Shown: positions 43,344-52,800 of the stretch, piece by piece
Layout of the letters: every line of letters begins with the position of its first letter
Position numbering within the stretch: position 1 is the first letter of the stretch
Assembly (NCBI GenBank): GCA_045545875.1
Contig: JAZQBS010000022.1
Location: 845-64,844 of the forward strand
Direction: 5' to 3'
Source: Bacteroidales bacterium
GTDB lineage: Bacteria; Bacteroidota; Bacteroidia; Bacteroidales; UBA3663
Length of the DNA: 64,000 nt
Program-made: the position numbers and the translations under genes
Notes under the pieces: generated by a model
The model's input: only the letters and a program-made list of their open reading frames with translations
The model's database searches: none
Told to the model about the DNA's origin: nothing

Positions 43344-44450
43344 GTGCCAATCCTTGATGTGCTGTTCCTGGTCGAGACGGCAGACGAGCAAGGTACCATT
43401 GTGTTCGGCCACAATAAAATCCTTCAGGCCCTGAATCACCACCTGCTTGCCTTGAGGCATACGCACCATGCACCCCTCGCTATCGAGCAATTTGACACCA
43501 TCTCCAATCACGGCATTGCGGTCATCATCCTGAGGTGTCAACGTGTGGAGGCTTCCCCATGTGCCCAGGTCACTCCATCCGAATTCGGCAGGCATCACAT
43601 AGGCTATCTGGGTCTTTTCCATCACGGCATAGTCGATCGAGATCTTTGGACAAGATGCATAAAGCTGATCCACCATAGCCTGTTCGCGCACCGAGAAGAA
43701 TGTAGGAGCCAGACGATCCATGATGGAGCTGATTTCGGGCTGGTACTTTCGAAGTTCAGACACGATTGTGCTGGCCTGCCAGAGGAACATACCCGAGTTC
43801 CAGGTGAAGTTGCCCGATTCGAGGTACTGCTCAGCGGTCTTGAGATCAGGCTTCTCGCGGAAACTTGCCACCTTGTAGATGGGACTCATCAGCGCTGCCA
43901 TCGCAGAAGCGCGACGACCTTTCTTGCCTCCGACAGTATTCTGCACCTCGAGGGTCGCATCCTCCTGCTTCTCACCCTGTTCGATGTAGCCGTAGCCCGT
44001 CTCAGGACGAGTAGGCTGCATACCCAGCGTGAGGATGCGCTCTCCACCCTCCACGAAGTCGATGCCCTGGGCAATGACACGACGGAACTCTCCCACATTG
44101 GTAACAATATGGTCCGAAGCGGCCACAACGATAGTTGCCTCGGCATCTTCGGCCAGAATCTTCCAGCTCACATAGGCTACGCAGGGAGCCGTGTTGCGCA
44201 TACAGGGTTCCAGCAGGATGTGCTGCGGATTGATGCCCTTCAACTGGTCGGCCACGAGCTGCGAGAAGTTCTTCGAAGTGACGACCCAGACATGCTGTAT
44301 ATCAATCAAGCCCTTGAAACGATCGTAGGTCTGCTGTATCATAGTGCGCCCCGTCCCCATGATGTCAAGGAACTGCTTGGGACACTGTGGCGTCGACATA
44401 GGCCAGAAGCGGCTGCCGATGCCACCAGCCATAATAACTAAATGTATCAT
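43341..44450 (-). CDS. manC: mannose-1-phosphate guanylyltransferase
   Basis: 369 aa. It has the N-terminal nucleotidyltransferase motif VIMAGGIGSRFWP.S....PKQFL. Confidence 0.85.
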   Translation of the reverse strand: MIHLVIMAGGIGSRFWPMSTPQCPKQFLDIMGTGRTMIQQTYDRFKGLIDIQHVWVVTSKNFSQLVADQLKGINPQHILLEPCMRNTAPCVAYVSWKILAEDAEATIVVAASDHIVTNVGEFRRVIAQGIDFVEGGERILTLGMQPTRPETGYGYIEQGEKQEDATLEVQNTVGGKKGRRASAMAALMSPIYKVASFREKPDLKTAEQYLESGNFTWNSGMFLWQASTIVSELRKYQPEISSIMDRLAPTFFSVREQAMVDQLYASCPKISIDYAVMEKTQIAYVMPAEFGWSDLGTWGSLHTLTPQDDDRNAVIGDGVKLLDSEGCMVRMPQGKQVVIQGLKDFIVAEHNGTLLVCRLDQEQHIKDWH

Positions 44451-44474
44451 ATCGAATTAACAATTAACAATTAG

Positions 44475-44523
44475 CCATGGGCCATGAACCATGAACCCTT
44501 AACCATGAATCATGAACCATGGG
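44475..44523. repeat. CCATGAA heptamer repeat (7 copies) in the manC 5' leader
   Basis: The copies are CCATGGG CCATGAA CCATGAA CCCTTAA CCATGAA TCATGAA CCATGGG. The same words occur at 61773-61862. Confidence 0.85.
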
Positions 44524-44533
44524 GTTTGCGCGG

Positions 44534-44541
44534 CAAAGATA
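44534..44541 (-). promoter_or_regulatory. -7 promoter box (TATCTTTG on the minus strand) for manC-argB
   Basis: Exact match 84 nt upstream of ATG 44450. The leader consists of heptamer and AT-word repeats. Confidence 0.45.
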
Positions 44542-44616
44542 GGAAGTTTTTGGGAAATAGGCAAATTTTGGGACAATTATTTAAATTAACAATTAATAAT
44601 TAACAATTAACAATGG

Positions 44617-44661
44617 GAGAAAAGACTGCCGACCAGGGCAAGGAACCCCTGGTCGGCAGTC
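44617..44661 (-). terminator. intrinsic terminator after SusD of the third PUL
   Basis: A perfect 15-bp stem GACTGCCGACCAGGG / CCCTGGTCGGCAGTC with an 8-nt loop, followed on the minus strand by CTTTTCTCCC. Confidence 0.8.
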
Positions 44662-44705
44662 ATAGAGATTATAGATATTCCGGTATCAAGACCCTTCTTC
44701 AAGCC

Positions 44706-46337
44706 TTACTTGTACTCAGGATTCTGTACGTACAGACCATCCTTGATGTTGATCTGGTCCTGCGGGATGGCATAACGATAGTACTTGCTGCTAATGTTAG
44801 CGATGGCGGTCTGCGCATAGTCGGTAGTGTAGTACTTCTGGAGCATAGCCTTATAGTCCTCGATCTGACCGTTGCGTACCATGTCATGCCAGCGGATGCC
44901 CTCCTGGGTGAACTCCAGGCGACGCTCGCGGGTCACGACGCCTGCCCAGTCGGCCTGAGCCTCAGCCGCAGTAACGGCATCGGTGGCACGCTCACGGATG
45001 AGGTTGAGCAGGTGGAGCGTATAGTCGCTATAACCAGCCACCTCGCAGTACATCAGCATCACATCCTCCAGTCGGATGATGGGGAAGTTGATCTCGTCCT
45101 TGTAGTAGTCGTTGTAGGTCAAGGTGAGGGCCTCGTAGCCGTAAGCCTCGCGCTTGGGTGTGGTCTCGAGGAACTTGGTGTAGAAGGGTTCGCCCGAATA
45201 ACCCGTGCCTGAAGTGGCGTTCACGAGGTCATTGCCGTTGAGGTAGCAGACTGTCCAGTCGGCACGCTTGTCCTTGTTGTGGTTGCCTTCCGAGCCGAAG
45301 CTCGAAGTTCCGTCGTGTCCGTACATCTCGAGGATGTCGGCAGCCACATAGAGCTTGTTGCCGAAGATGCGGACGGGATAGAAGGCATCGCAGCGCACCT
45401 CGGGCTGCATCTCGAAGATGGCGGTGTTACCCAGGGTTTTGGCAGCATCGGTGGCATACTGGAGTTCCCAGATGAAGTATTTGTTGTCGTTCTCGTGGAG
45501 GAACATACCAGCCCACTCTTTGGCATCAGCAGCCCAATAGCGGGTTGGGGTACCGGTGGTGTTGCCCTCACCAATGCCGGCATAGGCAAGCACTTCGGCG
45601 AACTTACCCTTGGCAAGCTGCTTGTAGCTGTCGCCACCGTTCACGTCGGGATGGGTAGCCATAGTGAGATATACACGGCCCAGCATAGCCTTGGCAGCAA
45701 TCTGGGTGGGCTTGCCTGCCACGGCATTACCGCGGAAGTCAGTAGGCGCGTTGTTGAGCAGAGACTCAGCCTGCTCCAGGTCGCTGATGATCTGCTTGTA
45801 CACCTCGGTAGGAGCACTCTGACCCAAGGTCAATGCCTCATTGAGACTCAATGTGTGATCGAAAACGGGGATGTTGCCAAAGAAGCGGACGAGGTCGAAG
45901 TAGCAGTAGGCACGGATGAAGTAAGCCTCACCGAGCATCTGGTTCTTGATAGCCTCGCTGGTGAATCCCGTGATGTCGGGCACCTTCTCGAGGAAGGTGT
46001 TGGCATGGGCGATGGCCTCATAATAGTCGGTCCAGGCGCCGTTCAGCTCGTCGAGAGCCGTGATGTTGTGGTCGTGTACGCAGAGGGTGGACCAGGTGCG
46101 CTCGGTGTCCCATTCGCCATAGGTCTCGTCCGACGGAATGTCGGCCAGGTAATAGGTGTGATAGGCCATGGGCACCAAGTCGTGATAGATGCCGTTGAGA
46201 CCCTGTTCGGCCTGGTAGGGCGAGCCCCAGAAGGAGTCGGTGGTCAACGTGTTCGACGGAGCCACGTCAAGGTAATCCTCACAAGCAGTCAGGCCAAGGA
46301 CTGCCGCAAGTGGCAAAGCCAGCAAATATTTCTTCAT
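44706..46337 (-). CDS. SusD/RagB-family lipoprotein
   Basis: 543 aa with lipobox GLTAC. It lies downstream of SusC. Confidence 0.9.
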   Translation of the reverse strand: MKKYLLALPLAAVLGLTACEDYLDVAPSNTLTTDSFWGSPYQAEQGLNGIYHDLVPMAYHTYYLADIPSDETYGEWDTERTWSTLCVHDHNITALDELNGAWTDYYEAIAHANTFLEKVPDITGFTSEAIKNQMLGEAYFIRAYCYFDLVRFFGNIPVFDHTLSLNEALTLGQSAPTEVYKQIISDLEQAESLLNNAPTDFRGNAVAGKPTQIAAKAMLGRVYLTMATHPDVNGGDSYKQLAKGKFAEVLAYAGIGEGNTTGTPTRYWAADAKEWAGMFLHENDNKYFIWELQYATDAAKTLGNTAIFEMQPEVRCDAFYPVRIFGNKLYVAADILEMYGHDGTSSFGSEGNHNKDKRADWTVCYLNGNDLVNATSGTGYSGEPFYTKFLETTPKREAYGYEALTLTYNDYYKDEINFPIIRLEDVMLMYCEVAGYSDYTLHLLNLIRERATDAVTAAEAQADWAGVVTRERRLEFTQEGIRWHDMVRNGQIEDYKAMLQKYYTTDYAQTAIANISSKYYRYAIPQDQINIKDGLYVQNPEYK

Positions 46338-46350
46338 AATTATATTATTT

Positions 46351-46437
46351 GTTCTGAATGGTTCTGAGCGGTTCTGAATGGTTCAAGGGTCAAAGTAGCC
46401 TTTCAAACCTTTTGAACTTTCAGAACCTTTCTTAACC
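46351..46437 (-). repeat. GGTTCTGAA-word inverted repeat filling the SusC-SusD spacer
   Basis: The left arm is GTTCTGAATG GTTCTGAGCG GTTCTGAATG GTTCAAGGGT. The right arm is CCTTTCAAACC TTTTGAAC TTTCAGAACC TTTCTTAACC. Confidence 0.8.
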
Positions 46438-46445
46438 TTATTATT

Positions 46446-49400
46446 TTAGAATGTCACGTTAAGACCAATGGAATATACACGTGCGCTTGGATAGGCGCCG
46501 TAGTCGTAGTTACCCCTGATGCCGTTGGTAGAGCTGGTGCTGGAGTTCGACGACTCGACAGAGAAGTAGTCGTATCCGTCCCACGAGAAGACATTCTCGA
46601 TCGAAGCGTAGATACGCAGGTTCTGGAGATGAAGCTTCGATGCAGGAGCATTCCAGCCAAGAGTGATGTTCTTGATCTTCACAAAGTCCGAGCTGTAAAG
46701 CCAGTCGGTGGTGTAGTAGGTCGTCGAATTGGTGCCGCCCACGAGCAGAGGAGTCTTGCCGTCCCAACTGTAGGTGCTCTTCATCTGGTTGTCGAGATAT
46801 TCCTCCTCGTAGAAGGCGTTCACCCAGCGCTTCATCACGTTGCCGGCAGGGCCCATGCCCGTGCGGTCGATGGCACGGCCAAGGAGGCCGTAGATCTTGC
46901 CGCCTGCCTGGCCTGTGATGAGCATCGAGAGGTCGAAGTTCTTGTACTTGAACGTATTGGTAAGACCCCAGGTCATCTTGGGCGAAGGTGAGCCACAGAT
47001 CTGGCGGTCATCGCTCGTGATCTTGCCGTCACCATCATAATCCTCGAAGATGTAGTCACCGATAATCTGGTTGCTGAGATGTGGATACTTGTCGAAGTCC
47101 TCCTGCGAAGTGAACACGCCGATGGTCTTGTAGAGATAGAAGGCATTGATAGGCTCGCCCTCCTTGAGAATCTGCGTCGAAGAGAAACCGGTATATACCG
47201 ACTGGCCTTCGGCAAGTTCGGTCACCTCGTTGCTATTGAAGCCGAGGTTGAGCACGGTGTTCCACTGGAAGTCACGGGTGCGGACGTTCGTCGAGTTGAT
47301 CTCCACCTCAAGACCTCTGTTCGAAATACTTCCGATGTTGTCCCAGGCCTTCGAGTAACCCATGACGGCTGGCACTTGTACCTGATAGAGCAAGTCGGTG
47401 GTCTTCTTCTGATAATAATCGAGCGAAAGGTTGATGCGATTGTCAAGGAAGCCCATATCGACAGCCACGTTCCACGAGTTAGTCTTCTCCCAACCGAGGT
47501 CGGGATTGGCACCGGCGGTAGCAGCATAACCCGAGCTGGAGACACCTGCCCACGAATAGTTGGCTACGCCAAGGGTGGCAAGGGCTGCAGTCGAAGCGAT
47601 GGAGTTGTTACCATTCATACCCCAGCTGGCACGCACCTTGAGGTTGTTCATCACAGCACCCTGTGGCCAGAAGGCCTCGTTGCTGATACGCCATGCACCG
47701 CTGACAGCGGGGAACCAGCCCCACTTGGCGTTCTTGCCGAAGAGCGACGAACCATCGCGACGGAGAGATGCTGTCAAGAGGTAGCGGCTGTCATAGTCAT
47801 ACTGTGCACGACCAAAGAACGACACGAGACGAGTCGTGGTGGAAATGTCGGCAGTAGCCGTATTAATAGTAGTAGCAGTCGAAGTGTTGAAGGTCTCAAG
47901 CGCATTATTGGGGAAGCCGGTTGCCTTAAGGGTGGTGGTCCAACCACGCTGTTCCTCGTCACCCCAACCGAGCATGCCCTGGATGTCGTGCTTGCCGAAT
48001 TCGCCGTGGTAATTCAACAGTGCCTCGATGGCGAACTTGTTGTTGCGGGCATCGGTACGGGTGTTCACCGAGTTGGAACCTTCGGGGTTGGTCTTCCAGG
48101 TCGAGGAATTAACAACATCAGAAGGAACGAAATTGCGCTGCTCATAGTCATAGAAGTTCCACGAACCCGTCACACTGGCAGTGAAGCCATGGGTGAGGTC
48201 AAACTTCATATATGCAGAACTGAGAATGCGGACCACATCCTTGTTGTTATCGGTCTGGTTCATCTTCTCGACTGGAGAAACGGTAGAGTTGGCCCAGGTG
48301 TAGATAGGATATGGATTAGAACCTGAAGCAAGGCCTCCCACCGACTCAACAACGGGCACCATCGAAAGGGCATGGTGGGTCTCGGCGTCCTTGTTGTCGA
48401 CACCGCCACCCAAGCTCTGCCAAGAGATGGTTGGAGCGACCGAGATACCGTACTTGAACCACTTGTTGACTTCCGAATCTACATTGGCACGGAGGGTGAG
48501 ACGCTTGTAGCCAGTGTTGACGGCAATACCTTCCTGGTCGTTCCAGCCGGCACTAATGCGATAGCTGGTGTTATCGACACCACCGCTCACGGCGAGCTCA
48601 TAGCTCTGGCTGGGAGCGATACGGAAGAACTCGTCCTGCCAATCGACATACATCAGATCAGTGGTGAGATCACTGGAAGTATAGGAACTTGCATAGGCTT
48701 GAGCATCAGAAGCCGACAATCCCTTGCCTCCATTGGCCCAACGGGGATCGTACATATACTGGTTGCTGAACTTGCCGCCATTCATAGCCAGACGAGTTGC
48801 ATAGTCGTCATTGGCGGTTGCACCCTGGCTTCCGAACTTCTGAACATAACTGCGATTGAGGGCATACTTCTTCATCCAAATCCACTCTTCGGCGGAAGCA
48901 AGGTCAATCTTGCGCTCCATCTGCTGCCAGCCCCATGTGCCGTGGAACTCCACGCGAGCCTTGCCGCTCTTGCCATGCTTGGTAGTGATGAGCACTACGC
49001 CGTTGGCGCCACGCGAACCATAGATGGCCGACGAGGAGGCGTCCTTGAGGACTTCGATACTTTCGATGTCGTTGGGGTTGATGGAGTTGATGTTGTCGGT
49101 AGCCACACCATCGACCACGTACAACGGGTCGGAATTGGCGTGGATTGAAGCGGCGCCACGTACACGGATCTGTGTGTCCTGGCCAGGCTGACCAGAGGTC
49201 GAACGAATCTCGACACCTGCCATCTGTCCCTGCAGGGCGGTAGCGACATCCGTGATGGGGCGGTCACCGAGTTTCTCGCTGTTCACCTTGGCTACCGAAC
49301 CAGTGAGGGAGCCCTTCTTAGCTGTACCGTAACCGATGGCCACGACTTCCTCGAGCATCTCGGCATCTTCGGCAAGCTTGATCTGGAAATTACTGCGGCT

Positions 49401-49676
49401 ACCTACAGAAATCTCCTGTGTGGTATAGCCGATAAAGGAAACAACAAGCACCGACTTGTCTGCTACGTTGGCGATGGAGAAATTGCCATCGAGGTCGGTA
49501 GTAGCACCATTCGTCGTGCCTTTGATAACAACATTGACGCCAGGGAGAGGCTCTCCGAGTTCGTCAAGCACAGTTCCTGTCACTGTCTTCTGCGCAAAAG
49601 CGGCAGTTGACAGACAGAACATCACAAAGAGCATAGTGGCCAAGCGTGACCACATTTGACAAACTTTGAATTTCAT
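46446..49676 (-). CDS. SusC/RagA-family TonB-dependent transporter
   Basis: 1076 aa. It contains TVTGTVLDELGEPLPGVNVVIKG, a TonB box (EEVVAIGYGTAKK) and ends in ...GLNVTF. Confidence 0.95.
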   Translation of the reverse strand: MKFKVCQMWSRLATMLFVMFCLSTAAFAQKTVTGTVLDELGEPLPGVNVVIKGTTNGATTDLDGNFSIANVADKSVLVVSFIGYTTQEISVGSRSNFQIKLAEDAEMLEEVVAIGYGTAKKGSLTGSVAKVNSEKLGDRPITDVATALQGQMAGVEIRSTSGQPGQDTQIRVRGAASIHANSDPLYVVDGVATDNINSINPNDIESIEVLKDASSSAIYGSRGANGVVLITTKHGKSGKARVEFHGTWGWQQMERKIDLASAEEWIWMKKYALNRSYVQKFGSQGATANDDYATRLAMNGGKFSNQYMYDPRWANGGKGLSASDAQAYASSYTSSDLTTDLMYVDWQDEFFRIAPSQSYELAVSGGVDNTSYRISAGWNDQEGIAVNTGYKRLTLRANVDSEVNKWFKYGISVAPTISWQSLGGGVDNKDAETHHALSMVPVVESVGGLASGSNPYPIYTWANSTVSPVEKMNQTDNNKDVVRILSSAYMKFDLTHGFTASVTGSWNFYDYEQRNFVPSDVVNSSTWKTNPEGSNSVNTRTDARNNKFAIEALLNYHGEFGKHDIQGMLGWGDEEQRGWTTTLKATGFPNNALETFNTSTATTINTATADISTTTRLVSFFGRAQYDYDSRYLLTASLRRDGSSLFGKNAKWGWFPAVSGAWRISNEAFWPQGAVMNNLKVRASWGMNGNNSIASTAALATLGVANYSWAGVSSSGYAATAGANPDLGWEKTNSWNVAVDMGFLDNRINLSLDYYQKKTTDLLYQVQVPAVMGYSKAWDNIGSISNRGLEVEINSTNVRTRDFQWNTVLNLGFNSNEVTELAEGQSVYTGFSSTQILKEGEPINAFYLYKTIGVFTSQEDFDKYPHLSNQIIGDYIFEDYDGDGKITSDDRQICGSPSPKMTWGLTNTFKYKNFDLSMLITGQAGGKIYGLLGRAIDRTGMGPAGNVMKRWVNAFYEEEYLDNQMKSTYSWDGKTPLLVGGTNSTTYYTTDWLYSSDFVKIKNITLGWNAPASKLHLQNLRIYASIENVFSWDGYDYFSVESSNSSTSSTNGIRGNYDYGAYPSARVYSIGLNVTF

Positions 49677-49802
49677 CAGAATTGTGTGTTAAGTTAATAA
49701 TTATATGTGTAAAGATATGTATGTGACAGTTAGTAACAGATTCCGTTATGTATGTGTACCAGACAACCACGTATCGATAAAAAAATGCATGATTGTCTGG
49801 CG

Positions 49803-49810
49803 CAAAGTTA
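49803..49810 (-). promoter_or_regulatory. -7 promoter box (TAACTTTG on the minus strand)
   Basis: Exact TAnnTTTG match about 125 nt upstream of the susC ATG at 49676. Confidence 0.4.
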
Positions 49811-49888
49811 ATGAAAAAATCAATAAGGCAGCAAATTTTAGTTCAAAAAAATAAAAATTTGATGATTATTTGTACAAAAATGCCCAAA

Positions 49889-52800
49889 TTATTGTACAAT
49901 TTTCATAGGTGTAAGCGTCACAGGACCTAACAATCCGGAGGTTTGTGGCTCCCAATCGATAGCGCTGAAGACGCCATCCTTTCGGTTCTCAGGACGTCGC
50001 GGACTCATGTTGATGTTGTAGAATATCTGCCAATGCACACCCTTACGTTCCAAGTCAGCAATACGGTTGCCCATACTGTTCGCCACACGGACGGTGAGCA
50101 CGTCATTGCCGCGGAAGTAGTTATTGGGGATGATGAGGCAGTTGGTTCCTTCTGCGACCTCCGAAGCTGAAGATCCTGCAGGGAGCACCGTGCCCACATA
50201 ATGGCCATTGAGATAAACCGAAGCATTGTTGCATACATTGCCGAGGGACAACTGCACGGCGCGACCTGACCGATCGACATTAGGCAGGGTAATGGAGTAT
50301 TCTGCCGTGCCCGAAAAAGCCTTGCAATCGGGGTCATCGAAGTCTGTCCAAGAACCGAGGCTGGAGATTGTACGAGAAGCAGGCAGTACGGGGCCTCCCT
50401 CGACAAAGGTGAGTTGCCAAGGATCCGTGATGATTTGGGCTGTATTAGGCATAGGAGCATAGAAACTATAACTCGGCGCACCCAGATAGCGCTGATCATG
50501 CAGATGGACAATAAGCGCCTCACCTTGGGCAAGTTGAAGATACAGGTTGTTGGAAAGAGCCGTTCGCTTTACATCCACTTTGCCAAAGGCTGCCGTCATC
50601 GGATTGTAGATGGCGGCATAGTCGTGCAAACGTGCGGGTTTGAGATTGATAGTGCCCGCATAGTCACTACCACCGCGATTTGCGATGTAATACACTTCAC
50701 TGCCATCGTCGAGAATGCGGCGATGACAAAGCAGATGCTGGGCATACAGGCTTGTCTCTGGGCGAGCACCTTCGATAGTTAACTTCGACACATTTGCCAG
50801 CACCTCTACCCTATCGGCATATTTTTGAGCCAAAGCCTGCACCTCAGCATTTCGTTGGGCAAAATCCTTGAAGCCTGCCACATCGTCGGGCAACTGGCGT
50901 TCGAAGATCACCTTTGCTCCCGATTCGGCAAGACGATAAAGTTGAACAATGGTCTCGTAGGGCAATTGATGGGAATAGGGGACGAGAATAGCCTTGTAGG
51001 AAGTCAGAGTTTTCGGAGTACTCGGATTATTCAGAGTATTCGGATACAGGTTGCCCTCTTTGTCAACTTGAAGTTGAAGAATCTGCCTGTCGCTCACCAT
51101 GTCCCAGCAGAAGCCCAACCGGTCGAGCTGCTCGATGCAACGACGCGTGTTGCTCTCCTGCATCTCACGGTCAAGGCCAGCATAATGACGCAAGGGACGT
51201 CGTTCGTCGTAGGCGGCCTGGAGGTCGGTGATGTTGTAATAGACCAATACGTCGGTATCGGCACGACCCTGCTGCAACCAAGACTGTGTGCGTGTAACGT
51301 ATTCGTTCAAATGGCGGAAATCGCCCCACCAAGGATTGTTCGGTTCAAAATGAGCAGCAGCATAGAACATCCATCCCGGCCATTCTGCCCTCACGGGTGA
51401 GAAACAAGTGCCGTGATAGAAGATATGATTGACACCACCGAGGAAGAAAAGGTCGATAGCCTGCTTGGCATCGCCCAAAGTGCCGAGGAAGTGCTCGTTG
51501 AGCCAAGTGCAACTCTCACTGCTGATGAGTCGCTTGCCTGTGAGATGTGCTGCCGATGGTGCCGCCTTGATACTGATGAGGTCACGTCCTTCGATTTCGG
51601 GCACGTCGGCAACGGCATAAAGGTCCAGGATGTTGGCTGGTGAACCATGCGCCTGATTGCGTATTCCCTTACCGCGCTCCTTAGCCCACTGACTCCACGT
51701 CATGGTATATTTCTCGAGGATGAGGGCCTCGATGACCTGACGGAAATCGTAGGTCACACGGTTGTTCATCTCGGGTGTATCTTGTCCCAAAAGGGCAGGC
51801 AGATGCTGACGCAAGTCATAACCCATTCGCTGCTCAAACTCGTCGAACATCTTTGCTGTCCAGTCGCTCATACCACGAGCATCGTCCACCTCGTACGAAT
51901 CGTTGAAGTAGTAGCGCAGATAACTGATGTCACGTCCACGGAAGGCTTCGTCGAATTTCGAAAGGAAGGTCAGGCATGCTTCGCTTGAGAAATGATCCAT
52001 CACGTCACCCTCACCTCCTGGGCCGGCACGCTCCACAAGTTTGCCGTGGTCGCCGAGGAAAAGTGCAGTAAGGATCCAATCGCTTTGTGACGAAGAATCG
52101 TTAGCTGTCGTATTAGCAACAGCAGGTGCTGTCCAATCAAGTGTTCCATCGGTCTGGACTTGTGAAGTAAGGTCGATGACTTGTCCATCGGGACCATTGG
52201 CCGTAAGGATGATGAGCGGCAAATCTTTTTCGAAGCGCAGCTGTTCGAGCCCCCACTGCTGGAGCTGCTTGTTCTTGTATAAAGGTGACTGTACCTCCTT
52301 GATGTCGGGAACATTGTAACCCCTGATCATCGGTTCCTGACGGCAAACGACTTTTTCTGTAAAACGCTCACCAGCTTTCACGTGCCACACCCGTGGCACC
52401 TTGGTCTTGCAAGCCAAATCGTCAAAGATCCACGGGCCACCAAAGGGCCATCCAGAAGCATTGGCCAAGTCAATGCCAAGGTCACGGCGCTTGGCCTCAT
52501 CGAGCGTATAACAAAAGAGATCGACCCACTCGGGCGAAAGAAACTCCTTGTAGCGTTCCTCCTCCCCTTGCACACCATAAATATCGGTCACTTCGAGGCC
52601 ACCCAATCCAGCCTCTGCATATTGTTGAAGGGCGACGCGAACGTCGGTCGTATCGTAGGCTGCACCCAGCCACCACCATCGCGTCCAGGGTTTGGTTTGA
52701 TTCGTCACTTCGGGCCACTGCATACGAGGAGCCACAATGTACGTCACATTCTGTTCCACGAGTCCCGACTTGAACGCCGCACGATTGAGCGAAGTGTCGG

